Part shown: one piece after another, positions 17,381-26,349 of the stretch
How the letters are laid out: each line of letters opens with the position of its first letter
Numbering within the stretch: position 1 is the first letter of the stretch
Assembly: GCA_003222245.1 (NCBI GenBank)
Contig: QHVH01000004.1
Location: 67,441-131,440 of the forward strand
From: Blastocatellia bacterium AA13
Lineage (GTDB): Bacteria; Acidobacteriota; Blastocatellia; UBA7656
DNA: 64,000 nucleotides
Direction of reading: 5' to 3'
Program-made: the position numbers and the translations under genes
The notes under the pieces: generated by a model
Told to the model about the DNA's origin: nothing
Database searches by the model: none
Seen by the model: the letters and a program-made list of their open reading frames with translations, nothing else

Positions 17381-19075
17381 ATGTTTACTAGAAAACATAA
17401 AAAGACCGGGGAACGGGATTCCGAACAGGGCTCCGCATCGCGCTCCGAAGCCGTTCAATCAAATCCCATACTCGCGTTGCAGCAAACCGCGGGCAATCAA
17501 GCGGTGCAGAGGCTCCTTGCGGGCCCGAATGACGAAACCGCCCAGACGGTCGATGGAAGCTCGGCTAGTTTGCAGCCGATGCGTTCCGGCCTTGTCGGAC
17601 CTGAATCCAATGCGGCGCCGCCTATAGTTCACGAAGTATTGCAGTCTGCCGGCGAGCCGTTGAACGAGTCCGCGCGGGAATATATGGAGCCGCGCTTCGG
17701 CCACGACTTCAGCCAGGTGCGGATTCACACGAATTCGCAAGCAACCGAGTCCGCGCGAGCCATCAACGCGAACGCCTACACAGTTGGACGTCACGTCATC
17801 CTCGATCGAAATAAGAACCCCGAAGGCTCGGCGGCCGAGCAGCAGGTGCTCGCGCACGAGCTGGCTCACGTAGTCCAACAGAAGGGGGCTGCTCCAGGAC
17901 CGAAGCTCACAATAGGCGCTGCCGGCAATGCAGCCGAGCGTGAAGCGGATACCGCCGCGGATAAAGTCACCGGCGGCTCCAAAGCGGCTCCCCGAGCCGG
18001 TTCGAGCGCGCAATCCGGGGAAGTTCAACGGGACGGCCCCGATAAGACGCCGACTCCTCCGCGCACTCCATACGACAAAATGATCGTCGCGCGAGCGAAG
18101 AAGCGGCTCGAGCTGCTGAACCAGTACGTCACCGAATACACGATCCGCGAGGCGCGGCGGCTTCGGTCGAAATCGGAGCTCAATACAACTCTCGACAAAC
18201 GGGAGAAGATGGATACCGAAGGCGACAACCCCTTCGAGGAATTCGAACAGCGCGGAAAAATGGAGAAGCAGCGAATGGCTGCTCTGAACAAACGGCCCCT
18301 CGATATCGAGATCACGGAGACCGATGTCAAAATCAAGGTCAAGTTTCAGGTTCGCTTCGAAGACCCGACTCAAGATTCAAGATTCAGCGAAGTGAAATCC
18401 GGCCTCGAGAAAGGCATCGATCAAATATGGAACCAGACCCTGAAAGGCGATGTCTTCGGCGGGCGCACATTCACGGTTGAGCCGGACATCGTGAAGATGG
18501 GGCCGAAGGATGGCCGAGACTTGAATCGATGGCTGGTCACCGTGCGTCCTACCGACTCCAGTCCGGTCGCCTATCCCGGTTGCACGCTCGATCAACCTCC
18601 GCCGGGCACGCCTACCTCGGTTACCGATCCGGGATGTGACGGCGGCGTGATGAGCATCCCGCCTTCGCATATCACGAAGCCGGATATACTCGGCCACGAG
18701 CTGCTTCATCTGTTCGGCTTCGTAGACCGTTACATCATGCAGACTATAGTCATACCGGGAAGAAAGCCTCGGACGGTTACTCAATCGACTCGGAAAACGG
18801 GCGGCCGCCCCGATCCGCTGGGATCTGAATCCGGCAAGGTTCTCTCCGAAGACATAGCATTTCTGTTCGACAATCTGGGCGTCTATCAAATGGAGCAGAG
18901 CCGCGGGCTCGAGACCCTGCGTTCGCTGGAAAAACAAGGCCTCAGCTTTGCCGCCGTTCAAGGAGAGATACATCGGCAAGAAGAGATCATTCAGACGGGC
19001 CGCGACCCTCATTCGCTCATCCGGATACGCCCGAACTTCAACGACGTGATGATCAAAGAAGCGGAAGATCTATGA
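17381..19075 (+). CDS. DUF4157 (eCIS core domain) protein 1 with C-terminal metzincin-like domain
   Basis: MEPRFGHDFSQVRIHT...ANAYTVGRHV...LAHELAHVVQQ; second motif GHELLHLFGFVDRY at 18695. Confidence 0.88.
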   Translation: MFTRKHKKTGERDSEQGSASRSEAVQSNPILALQQTAGNQAVQRLLAGPNDETAQTVDGSSASLQPMRSGLVGPESNAAPPIVHEVLQSAGEPLNESAREYMEPRFGHDFSQVRIHTNSQATESARAINANAYTVGRHVILDRNKNPEGSAAEQQVLAHELAHVVQQKGAAPGPKLTIGAAGNAAEREADTAADKVTGGSKAAPRAGSSAQSGEVQRDGPDKTPTPPRTPYDKMIVARAKKRLELLNQYVTEYTIREARRLRSKSELNTTLDKREKMDTEGDNPFEEFEQRGKMEKQRMAALNKRPLDIEITETDVKIKVKFQVRFEDPTQDSRFSEVKSGLEKGIDQIWNQTLKGDVFGGRTFTVEPDIVKMGPKDGRDLNRWLVTVRPTDSSPVAYPGCTLDQPPPGTPTSVTDPGCDGGVMSIPPSHITKPDILGHELLHLFGFVDRYIMQTIVIPGRKPRTVTQSTRKTGGRPDPLGSESGKVLSEDIAFLFDNLGVYQMEQSRGLETLRSLEKQGLSFAAVQGEIHRQEEIIQTGRDPHSLIRIRPNFNDVMIKEAEDL

Positions 19076-19079
19076 TGGA

Positions 19080-19622
19080 ATTGTCCGAGGGGCATCCGGG
19101 AATAACGCACGGTTCATTGAATGGCATTCCGAGGAACAGTGGGGAATTGTCCCTTCGGGACAATCAGAATTGTCCCGGAGGGACATTCGGCAATAGCCCA
19201 CCAGTTCACTGGTGGGTTCGTCGGGCAAGTTGATCGAGAAGTGCCGAAGGCACGGCTGACTTGTTGTTGTCAGAGCGCCGCAACAGGACCAGACAGATAT
19301 TGCAGATCATTGATGTGGTTGTCCCGAAGGGACAATCGGCAATAGCCCACCAGTTCACTGGTGGGTTCGTCGGGTAATTTGATCCGAGAGGCGCCGAAGG
19401 CACGGCTGACTTGTTGTTTCAGAGCGCCGCAACAGGACCACATACATATTGCAGATTTCTGATATGGTTCAAAGCCTCCACACACGAACGACATCAGCCG
19501 TCCCTTCGGGACTAGATCGCCGCAGCGCTCTGGGACCCACCGATGAATCGGTGGGCTACGTTGGACAATCCCTACGGGATTCACAATCCCTACGGGATTG
19601 ACAACGATCTCTACGGGATCGT
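19080..19622. mobile_element. Non-autonomous hairpin-rich element (REP/IS200-IS605-end-like MITE) with tandem 149-bp duplication
   Basis: Direct repeats 19170-19318 and 19319-19467; ordered palindromes GTCCCGAAGGGAC, CCCACCAGTTCACTGGTGGG, GTGCCGAAGGCACGGCTGA recur inverted at 19494-19622; no transposase ORF. Confidence 0.65.
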
Positions 19623-19658
19623 ACGCACTCTATTGTTGCTAGTGACCGAAGCAGGTGA

Positions 19659-21641
19659 ATGGAGAAGCAGGCTACACAAACCAATAAACAAGTCTCCGCG
19701 GCCCAGTCGCGAAGCGCCAACGGACAGCTCGCTCCTGAACTCATCTCGAATCCCATTCTTCAACTCCAAAAAAAGGCGGGCAATCGCGCGGTGCTCAATC
19801 TGCTTGGTCCTATGGTGGAGCCCCAATCCGCGGCCGATCCGGCAAAGACCCAGCGTCCGAATCTCTCAGCCGCCGCGCTGAGCGTTCAGCGTGTCCCGAA
19901 TGGACGCGGCTCCGAAGCAAGTCCCCAGAATCAAGATTCGCATGCAGCCGCCTCGTTCATAGTTGAGGACAATGCGGAGTCGCTTGCGCACGGCCAGATG
20001 CACAAGAGCGAATTCCTCGCTCAACTTCGCGCGAGTGTCTGCCGAACCGCCGACGAAGAGTTGCAGCGAGCAGGCCAGACCGCCAAAGGCTGCCCCTATA
20101 TCGAAAAGTGGCTCGCTCATTATCGAGACAAGGATCCCGTTCATATCGAACGCGCGCTTCGCAAGTACGCTCCCGAAGCGGCGCGAGCCACGACCGCGCG
20201 AGAATACATTCCGGCGGTCGAGAACCGCGTGCGCCGTGCGATCAATAACTGGGCAAGAACCGGCGAGATCACCGGCGTTCCGGACGAGTTGAAGGGCTTG
20301 ATCCCTGGAGCGGGAGGAGGGCTCGCCGGAATGATCGGCGGCGCGGTGTCGAGTATCTTAAGCGGCATCGGCAGCGCGCTGTCCTCGGCTGCGGGAGCGA
20401 TCGGGGGTGCATTCGCGAGCATCGGACGCGCCTTGTTCAAAGGCAAAGAAGGCAGGGCTCCCGCAAACAACAGTCCTCGAAATATTCAATCGAGATTGGG
20501 GACCGGTCAGCCGCTCGAGGGAAGCGTTCGCTCGCGGATGAGCAGTGCCTTTGGGCACGACTTTTCAAACGTTCGAGTTCATACGGAAACGCATGACGCT
20601 GCTATGTCCGAGAGCCTCAACGCCAGGGCCTTTACCATCGGCAGCGACATTGCGTTCGGCCCGGGCGAGTATCAACCTGGTACGTTAGTAGGCGATGCGC
20701 TCTTGGCTCACGAGCTCGCTCACGTAGTCCAGCAGCGGAACGCTCAACCCGCCGTCGCCGCTCAAGTCGGCAATCACGCAACCGAAGTCTACGAGGCCGA
20801 AGCCGATGTCGCGGCGGCCAATGCCGTAGCCGGGCTTCACGGCCTGCGCACGGCTCGCCCGACCACATCGTTGTTGAGCGCGCCTCGTCTGCAGAGCTGC
20901 GGCAAGAAGCCGCCGCAGATTCGCGTGCCGTTCGGCGCGTCGCTCACCGAGCAGCAGGCGGATCAGCTTCTCGCAAGCGATCCCGTGATCTGGCCTCGCA
21001 TCAAGAACCGAGTCGCGAAAGGGGTCAAAGCCGAAGGGCATACGAGAGAACTGGGCTCCGAAGCATACCTGTACGCGGCGAGGGAAAAGGTGTTCAAGGA
21101 CAAGCTCAGTCTTCGACAGACTTCGTTCCAGATGATGAACGCTGGAGGCTTCGCTCAGGACGGCGAGATATACCTGCATAGGAAGGACGCCGAGATGCTG
21201 GATGTGATGGGAGGCCCCGACCGAGGGCCGGTTCCTATTCCGCCAAGCCGCCATCCGGCCACAATAGTTCACGAAGACGTCCATCTGTACGGTTCGGGCG
21301 CCTGGGTGACTAAAACAGGACGAGCGGGTAACGAAGGCACGACCGAGTACTTCACACGCCGAGTGCTTTCAAAGCAGAAGAACCCGGAAATCGAAGGCGG
21401 AGAGAAGATATTCGAGAGGGATTCGTATCCCGATGAGTACGAGGCCGTGAAGTGCCTGGCAAAGAAAGCCAATGACGAGCTTCTGGCGGACGCTTTCTTC
21501 CTCGGCACAATCGATCCGCTTAGAAAAAAAGTCGGCGAAGCCAAGTTCGATGCGTGGGCCACGGCCATGACCAACGACAATTACAACGGCGCTTACGCCG
21601 CTCTCGGCTCCAAGCCTCCCGCCAAGAAGAAAGAAGATTGA
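19659..21641 (+). CDS. DUF4157 (eCIS core domain) protein 2 with C-terminal gluzincin-like domain
   Basis: MSSAFGHDFSNVRVHT...ARAFTIGSDIAF...LAHELAHVVQQ; second motif VHEDVH (21270) followed by NEGTTEYF (21330). Confidence 0.88.
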   Translation: MEKQATQTNKQVSAAQSRSANGQLAPELISNPILQLQKKAGNRAVLNLLGPMVEPQSAADPAKTQRPNLSAAALSVQRVPNGRGSEASPQNQDSHAAASFIVEDNAESLAHGQMHKSEFLAQLRASVCRTADEELQRAGQTAKGCPYIEKWLAHYRDKDPVHIERALRKYAPEAARATTAREYIPAVENRVRRAINNWARTGEITGVPDELKGLIPGAGGGLAGMIGGAVSSILSGIGSALSSAAGAIGGAFASIGRALFKGKEGRAPANNSPRNIQSRLGTGQPLEGSVRSRMSSAFGHDFSNVRVHTETHDAAMSESLNARAFTIGSDIAFGPGEYQPGTLVGDALLAHELAHVVQQRNAQPAVAAQVGNHATEVYEAEADVAAANAVAGLHGLRTARPTTSLLSAPRLQSCGKKPPQIRVPFGASLTEQQADQLLASDPVIWPRIKNRVAKGVKAEGHTRELGSEAYLYAAREKVFKDKLSLRQTSFQMMNAGGFAQDGEIYLHRKDAEMLDVMGGPDRGPVPIPPSRHPATIVHEDVHLYGSGAWVTKTGRAGNEGTTEYFTRRVLSKQKNPEIEGGEKIFERDSYPDEYEAVKCLAKKANDELLADAFFLGTIDPLRKKVGEAKFDAWATAMTNDNYNGAYAALGSKPPAKKKED

Positions 21642-21648
21642 GGCTCGA

Positions 21649-22926
21649 ATGACGATGCGAGGCGATAAGCTCTTCTTCAAAACGGCCGCGGCCGGACCTG
21701 GAGAGTTGTTGAACAAAGTCTGCGATGCGCTGGCGACGCCGAGGCTTCACTTTCTCGATATCGATCTGCCGGCCTACGGAGTTTTTGTTTGCCTGGGCGG
21801 CGCGGCCGGACTTGTTATGACCTTCGTGATCGCGATTAGTATTCGTCTTCCGCCGGCGCCGCTGTTTATAGCGGCCGTTGGAGGAATCTTTGTAGCGCTG
21901 ACGTTTGCATATCTGACTAAGGTAGTCACCGGAACCGAGGTATATACGTTCTATCACTATCAGATTGCCGTGCTGGCGGGCGCAGGGATGCTGCTCTGGC
22001 TTGTGGGCGAGCCGCCATTGCGAAATATAGACGTGTTGACTCTATCGTTGGGTCTGACACAGGCGATTGGCCGAATAGGATGCTTTGGTGCCGGCTGCTG
22101 TTATGGGAGACCGAGGCGCTTTGGCGTTTGCTACAACCGCCGGCATGCTTCAATCGGATTCCCGAGCTCACTTGTCGGCGTGCGGCTCTTTCCGATTCAA
22201 CTGGTCGAATCGTGTTGGATTGCAATTGTCGTTAGCAGTGGAATCCTGTCGATCGTCCGTGGCGCGGCGCCGGGTTCGGCTCTGGCGTGGTATGTCGTCC
22301 TCTACGGAAGCGGCCGATTCATTTTCGAGTTTCTGCGGCTCGACACCGGCTTTGTTCCCGGAAAATTATCCGAGGCGCAGATCACATCTCTAACTCTGAT
22401 TCTTGCGGTCGTCTGCGCGGAGTTGCGCGGGCTGCTGGTGATGGAATCCGTACACCTGATCTGCGTCGCCCTATTGATTGCGTCGGCCTGCGCGATTCGA
22501 ATGCTTCGAAAAAGAGAAATACCGTTTTCCGCGTCGCACGTGTTCGAAATCGCGGAGGCGGTTCAACGAGCCGAGCGCGATATGACTTCATCACCTGAGC
22601 TCGAACGAATCGCGGTTGAACAAACCTCGCGCGGCGTGTTGATCTCCGCGGGCAGAATTCCCAGGGGCGCTAACTCCTTCTCCCAACCGCGCGACACGAG
22701 ACACCAGATAGCGGTCACCTCTCACCTGTACCCTGTCACTCCTACCCTCTCACTTCTAACCTCTCCGGGCTCCTATTCTTCGATCTTCCACTACTGCGTC
22801 TCGGGCGCGGAGATCGGTGAACGGAGCGCCCTCGCCGTAGCCCGCTTGATAGGGCGCCTACGATGCGGAAGCGGCTCCTTTAGCCTCTTTGAGGGCGATC
22901 AAGCCTTTCACGTGATCATCGATTAG
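21649..22926 (+). CDS. Divergent prolipoprotein diacylglyceryl transferase (Lgt) family membrane protein
   Basis: Multiple TM segments; QAIGRIGCFGAGCCYG, FPIQLVES, YGSGRFIFEFLR motifs; starts 7 nt after the DUF4157-2 stop. Confidence 0.8.
   Translation: MTMRGDKLFFKTAAAGPGELLNKVCDALATPRLHFLDIDLPAYGVFVCLGGAAGLVMTFVIAISIRLPPAPLFIAAVGGIFVALTFAYLTKVVTGTEVYTFYHYQIAVLAGAGMLLWLVGEPPLRNIDVLTLSLGLTQAIGRIGCFGAGCCYGRPRRFGVCYNRRHASIGFPSSLVGVRLFPIQLVESCWIAIVVSSGILSIVRGAAPGSALAWYVVLYGSGRFIFEFLRLDTGFVPGKLSEAQITSLTLILAVVCAELRGLLVMESVHLICVALLIASACAIRMLRKREIPFSASHVFEIAEAVQRAERDMTSSPELERIAVEQTSRGVLISAGRIPRGANSFSQPRDTRHQIAVTSHLYPVTPTLSLLTSPGSYSSIFHYCVSGAEIGERSALAVARLIGRLRCGSGSFSLFEGDQAFHVIID
22690..22763. repeat. 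Degenerate heptamer array inside the Lgt-like gene
   Basis: CGCGACA CGAGACA CCAGATA, then TCACCTC TCACCTG TACCCTG TCACTCC TACCCTC TCACTTC TAACCTC (22715-22763). Confidence 0.7.
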
Positions 22927-23007
22927 CAGCGCGATTGGAGACCGGGCCAAGGCCGGAGCGGTCCGGTCGGCGCGTAACCCACGGGTTGCCGTCCCGCCGA
23001 ACGTCAG

Positions 23008-23016
23008 TGCTATGAT
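23008..23016 (+). promoter_or_regulatory. Candidate extended -10 promoter
   Basis: TGCTATGAT in the intergenic region upstream of the PQQ-propeller gene. Confidence 0.35.
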
Positions 23017-23174
23017 GGTCGAACCAAATGGGGATGTCCGGCTCCTCAAACAAATACCCTGTGTGGAACCCAGTTTGGGTCGAATATCTGAGCGTATGAA
23101 TCCCGCTTCGCATTCATCCGGCAATTTTTGTGAAAGCCGTTGACTCGCGTCAAAAGGACTTTGAGGGAAACTCC

Positions 23175-24611
23175 ATGAATAGACTCATAAATCGATTCTT
23201 CTTCTCGCGCCGAGCAGGCTTGTTCTGCGCGCTGTTTTTGATATCTCTCACGGCTCACGGTCAGGATATATCCTGGCAGCAATTCCGAGGACCCGAATCA
23301 AACCCCGTGGGAGCCAACGCGCGACTTGCGGAGCGTTGGTCCAAAACTGAAAACGTGGAGTGGTCGCAAGAGATTCCGGGGCGTGGGTGGTCCTCGCCAA
23401 TCGTCGCCGGAGGCAAGGTGTACCTGACGACCGTAACAACCGACGGCAAGTCGAAGAAGCCTCAGATAGGCACGGAATATAGCAACGAGTACATCGCCGA
23501 ACTGGTAAAACAGGGACTCCCGGAGGAGGAGGTTTTGAAGCGCGTCACTGAACGCGACGTCGAGTTGCCGAATGAAGTAACGATCCACTACCTGCTCTAC
23601 TGCCTGGATCTGAAGAGCGGCAAGGCGGAATGGACAAAGGAGTTTCACACAGGCCGCCCGCCGGGAGGCCGCCATCGCAAGAATAGCTTTGTCTCGGAGA
23701 CTCCAGTGACCGATGGAAAGTTTATCTATGTCTATGTCGCGAACCTGGGGCTGTGGGCGTTCGACTTGAAAGGCAGCGTTGTCTGGACCACTCCGTTGGA
23801 AGCGAATCCGATTTACCTCGATTTCGGAACGGGCAGCTCGCCGGCCCTGTCCGGAAACCTGATGATCATCGTTAGCGATAATCAAAAGCAGCAGTACATA
23901 GCCGCTTTCGACAAGCAAACGGGCAAGCAAGTCTGGCGCGTTAATCGAGACATCGGCAGTTCTGAACCGCCAAGGCAGCGGTCAGGATGGGCGACCCCTT
24001 ACATTTGGAGGCACGCGCTGCGAACCGAAATCGTCGCGATTGGACCGGAGACCGTGGTCAGTTACGACCAGGCGGGGAAAGAGCTGTGGCGAATGGCGGG
24101 AATGGCGATGACGCCGATTCCGACGCCCTTCGCCTACGAAGGCCTCCTTTACATCAATGGAGGCCGCGGCCGTCCGTTGTTCGCGATTCGCCCCGGCGCC
24201 ACGGGCGATATTTCTCTTAAGGAGGGCCAAACCTCTAACGAATTCATCGTATGGTCGCAGGCGCGCGGGGGAACTTATTTGCCGTCGTCGCTCGCTTATG
24301 AGGGAGCCGTGTACACGCTGACCGAGACAGGAATCCTGAATCGCTTTGACGCCAAAACCGGAAAACAGACCTACAAGACGCGGATTGATCCCGCTGCAAC
24401 GGCTTTCACGACTTCGCCGTGGGCCTATAACGGAAAGTTGTTCTGCCTGAGCGAAGAGGGCCAGACGTTTGTCGTCAAAACCGGCGAGCAGTTCCAATTA
24501 CTGCACGTGAATGAGCTGGATGACATGGCGCTGGCGTCGCCGGCGCTCGTGGGTGAGCGATTGTTGATACGGACCGAACATCGGCTCTATTCGATCCGCC
24601 GCAAGGGCTAG
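23175..24611 (+). CDS. Secreted PQQ-binding-like (BamB-like) beta-propeller protein
   Basis: Signal peptide then WQQFRGP, GRGWSSPIV, SETPVTDGK, GTGSSPAL, ALASPALVGERLLIRT. Confidence 0.88.
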   Translation: MNRLINRFFFSRRAGLFCALFLISLTAHGQDISWQQFRGPESNPVGANARLAERWSKTENVEWSQEIPGRGWSSPIVAGGKVYLTTVTTDGKSKKPQIGTEYSNEYIAELVKQGLPEEEVLKRVTERDVELPNEVTIHYLLYCLDLKSGKAEWTKEFHTGRPPGGRHRKNSFVSETPVTDGKFIYVYVANLGLWAFDLKGSVVWTTPLEANPIYLDFGTGSSPALSGNLMIIVSDNQKQQYIAAFDKQTGKQVWRVNRDIGSSEPPRQRSGWATPYIWRHALRTEIVAIGPETVVSYDQAGKELWRMAGMAMTPIPTPFAYEGLLYINGGRGRPLFAIRPGATGDISLKEGQTSNEFIVWSQARGGTYLPSSLAYEGAVYTLTETGILNRFDAKTGKQTYKTRIDPAATAFTTSPWAYNGKLFCLSEEGQTFVVKTGEQFQLLHVNELDDMALASPALVGERLLIRTEHRLYSIRRKG

Positions 24612-24935
24612 CGTCCGTTAGTTAGTTTGAACTGCACGGTGAGCGCATCAATGGTCTCTTGATTGTTGTGTTGCTTGCCGTGATCTAGGCGGCGAAGCAG
24701 AGGCAGCATAAGGGTCCCACACAATGCATCGGTCACTGAAAAGGAAGGGGCGTCCACGGCGTGGAAGACGAAAGAAGAATGGGATTAGAGCAAGAAAACA
24801 AGTGCCATGACGGAGCAAAGAAAGACTAATCCTTCAATAATCTTCTTGGTTTTGCATCTAAATGGGAAACCGTTGATTTACTTAGTCTTTCAATGTAATG
24901 CCCGCGAAAATCAGCCTAGCGTCTAAATGAGAACT

Positions 24936-26349
24936 TCAATCCCAATAGGGTACGTATTTTGCGTATCGTCTCGATCTATTGGAAGGATCGTCCGGCTTAA
25001 TCCTCCCCTGTTGGATTGCATCCGCAATCACTCTGGATACCGCCTCCTTCTTGCTCTCCGGCAGTTTGAATCGATCTCGTAAGGTCGTGTTGGTCATTTT
25101 CTTATTCATGATCCACCGGAGAACAGAGTGCTGGAAACAGGCTCGTACACGTTCCTTTGCATCCATATCATCGAAGGATTTATGGGCGTACATGATTGCT
25201 AGAGTGTGCCTATCACTTACACGAAAATCGGGTGGCGGCAGTTGGTATATCTCGGCGTGCGCTATTACCCTATCTATCCCGAGCCCCTGTTCTTCGCAAA
25301 TGCCTAACCGTCGCATAATGTCGGCAAGCTTTTCGTTTCGCGACTCATATTCATCAATGAATCGATCTGGTGAGATAATAGACTTACCAGGATTTGAAAT
25401 CTCGATGCGATCACTATACAGCTCAATCGTCACGGATGTTCCGGTTGCTCTGAATTCCTGATGGATAAGAGCATTCGCAACTAATTCTCGTATCGCGATT
25501 TCGGGAAACATCTTCACTTCTTGACGGAAGGCTGGGCCGATTACATCGTTGGCTGGAATCTGAGCCTTAATGAAGCTAATCAAACTCGCAAAACCGAGAA
25601 CGTATCCTTTGTTGCCGTGCGCAAAGACCCGACTATTTTCAAGTTTGTTAGGACCGTCATATACAATGACCCTTGGGCCTTTCCGGGTAAGGCCCTCGAA
25701 TTGTTTTAGGTTCTTTGCGAATAGGACCGCACCAAGATTACTAATGGCATAGTCATGATTGCCTTCGGAGATCAGGTGTTCATTCTTGAAGCGTTCAAGA
25801 ACGGCATCCCGATTTGTGGGATAGGTTTTGCCGGTCGTAGTAAATCTGAGTATCTAGCAGCCGAATCACGTCACTGGCGGAGCAATTATCGAGCGCTGTA
25901 CGCCTAAACCATTCCGGATTCCCCTCATCGAAGATTTCACGAAGCCTTTCGGCGGTCATAGGTATCAGTTCTTCACCCGAGCGCATCCAATAGGCTCCCT
26001 CAAGATGACAGGCGGTGCCGCGATGTCGAGAGGGAACATGAAAAATTACAACTCGACCGTTTGGATGGCTCAACGCTTCCACTTTCACCAAGAAATGCAG
26101 TTTGTTGAGAATCTTCTGTTGAATGTCGCCGGGATTCTCAAATGCATTTGTCCCAACTACTTGTCTAGGAATCTTATTGGTGACGCCGAGAACCAATTTT
26201 CCGCCACGTTCATTGGCGAGAGCCACGCAATACCGAAATAGCTTTGTAGTATCAAACTGAGTCTTTGCTTCTTTGAATTCTAGGTTCTCGGTTTCTCGCG
26301 GCGCGTCCATCCATCGCTCCAAGTCTGCGATTGTGGTGGTCGCGCTCAT
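24936..26349 (-). pseudogene. Frameshifted AlbA_2 (Schlafen-like) + ATP-binding/HATPase-like + HTH gene
   Basis: N-part ETENLEFKEAK...CVALANERGGKLVLGV stops at 25795; a second frame opens near 25823 (YPTNRDAVLERF...LGAVLFAK) and runs through AIRELVANALIHQ, RIEISNPG, EEQGLGIDR to YVPYWD; visibly lower GC. Confidence 0.8.

Noticed and set aside
19080-19622. Possible CRISPR array or coding ORFs in the repeat-rich gap
   Set aside because: Repeats are long tandem and inverted blocks without unique equal-length spacers, no cas genes are present, and the short ORFs are translations of palindromes.
24620-24930. Hydrophobic minus-strand reading (MALVFLALIPFFF...)
   Set aside because: Short, no RBS or family motif; at most a gene remnant.
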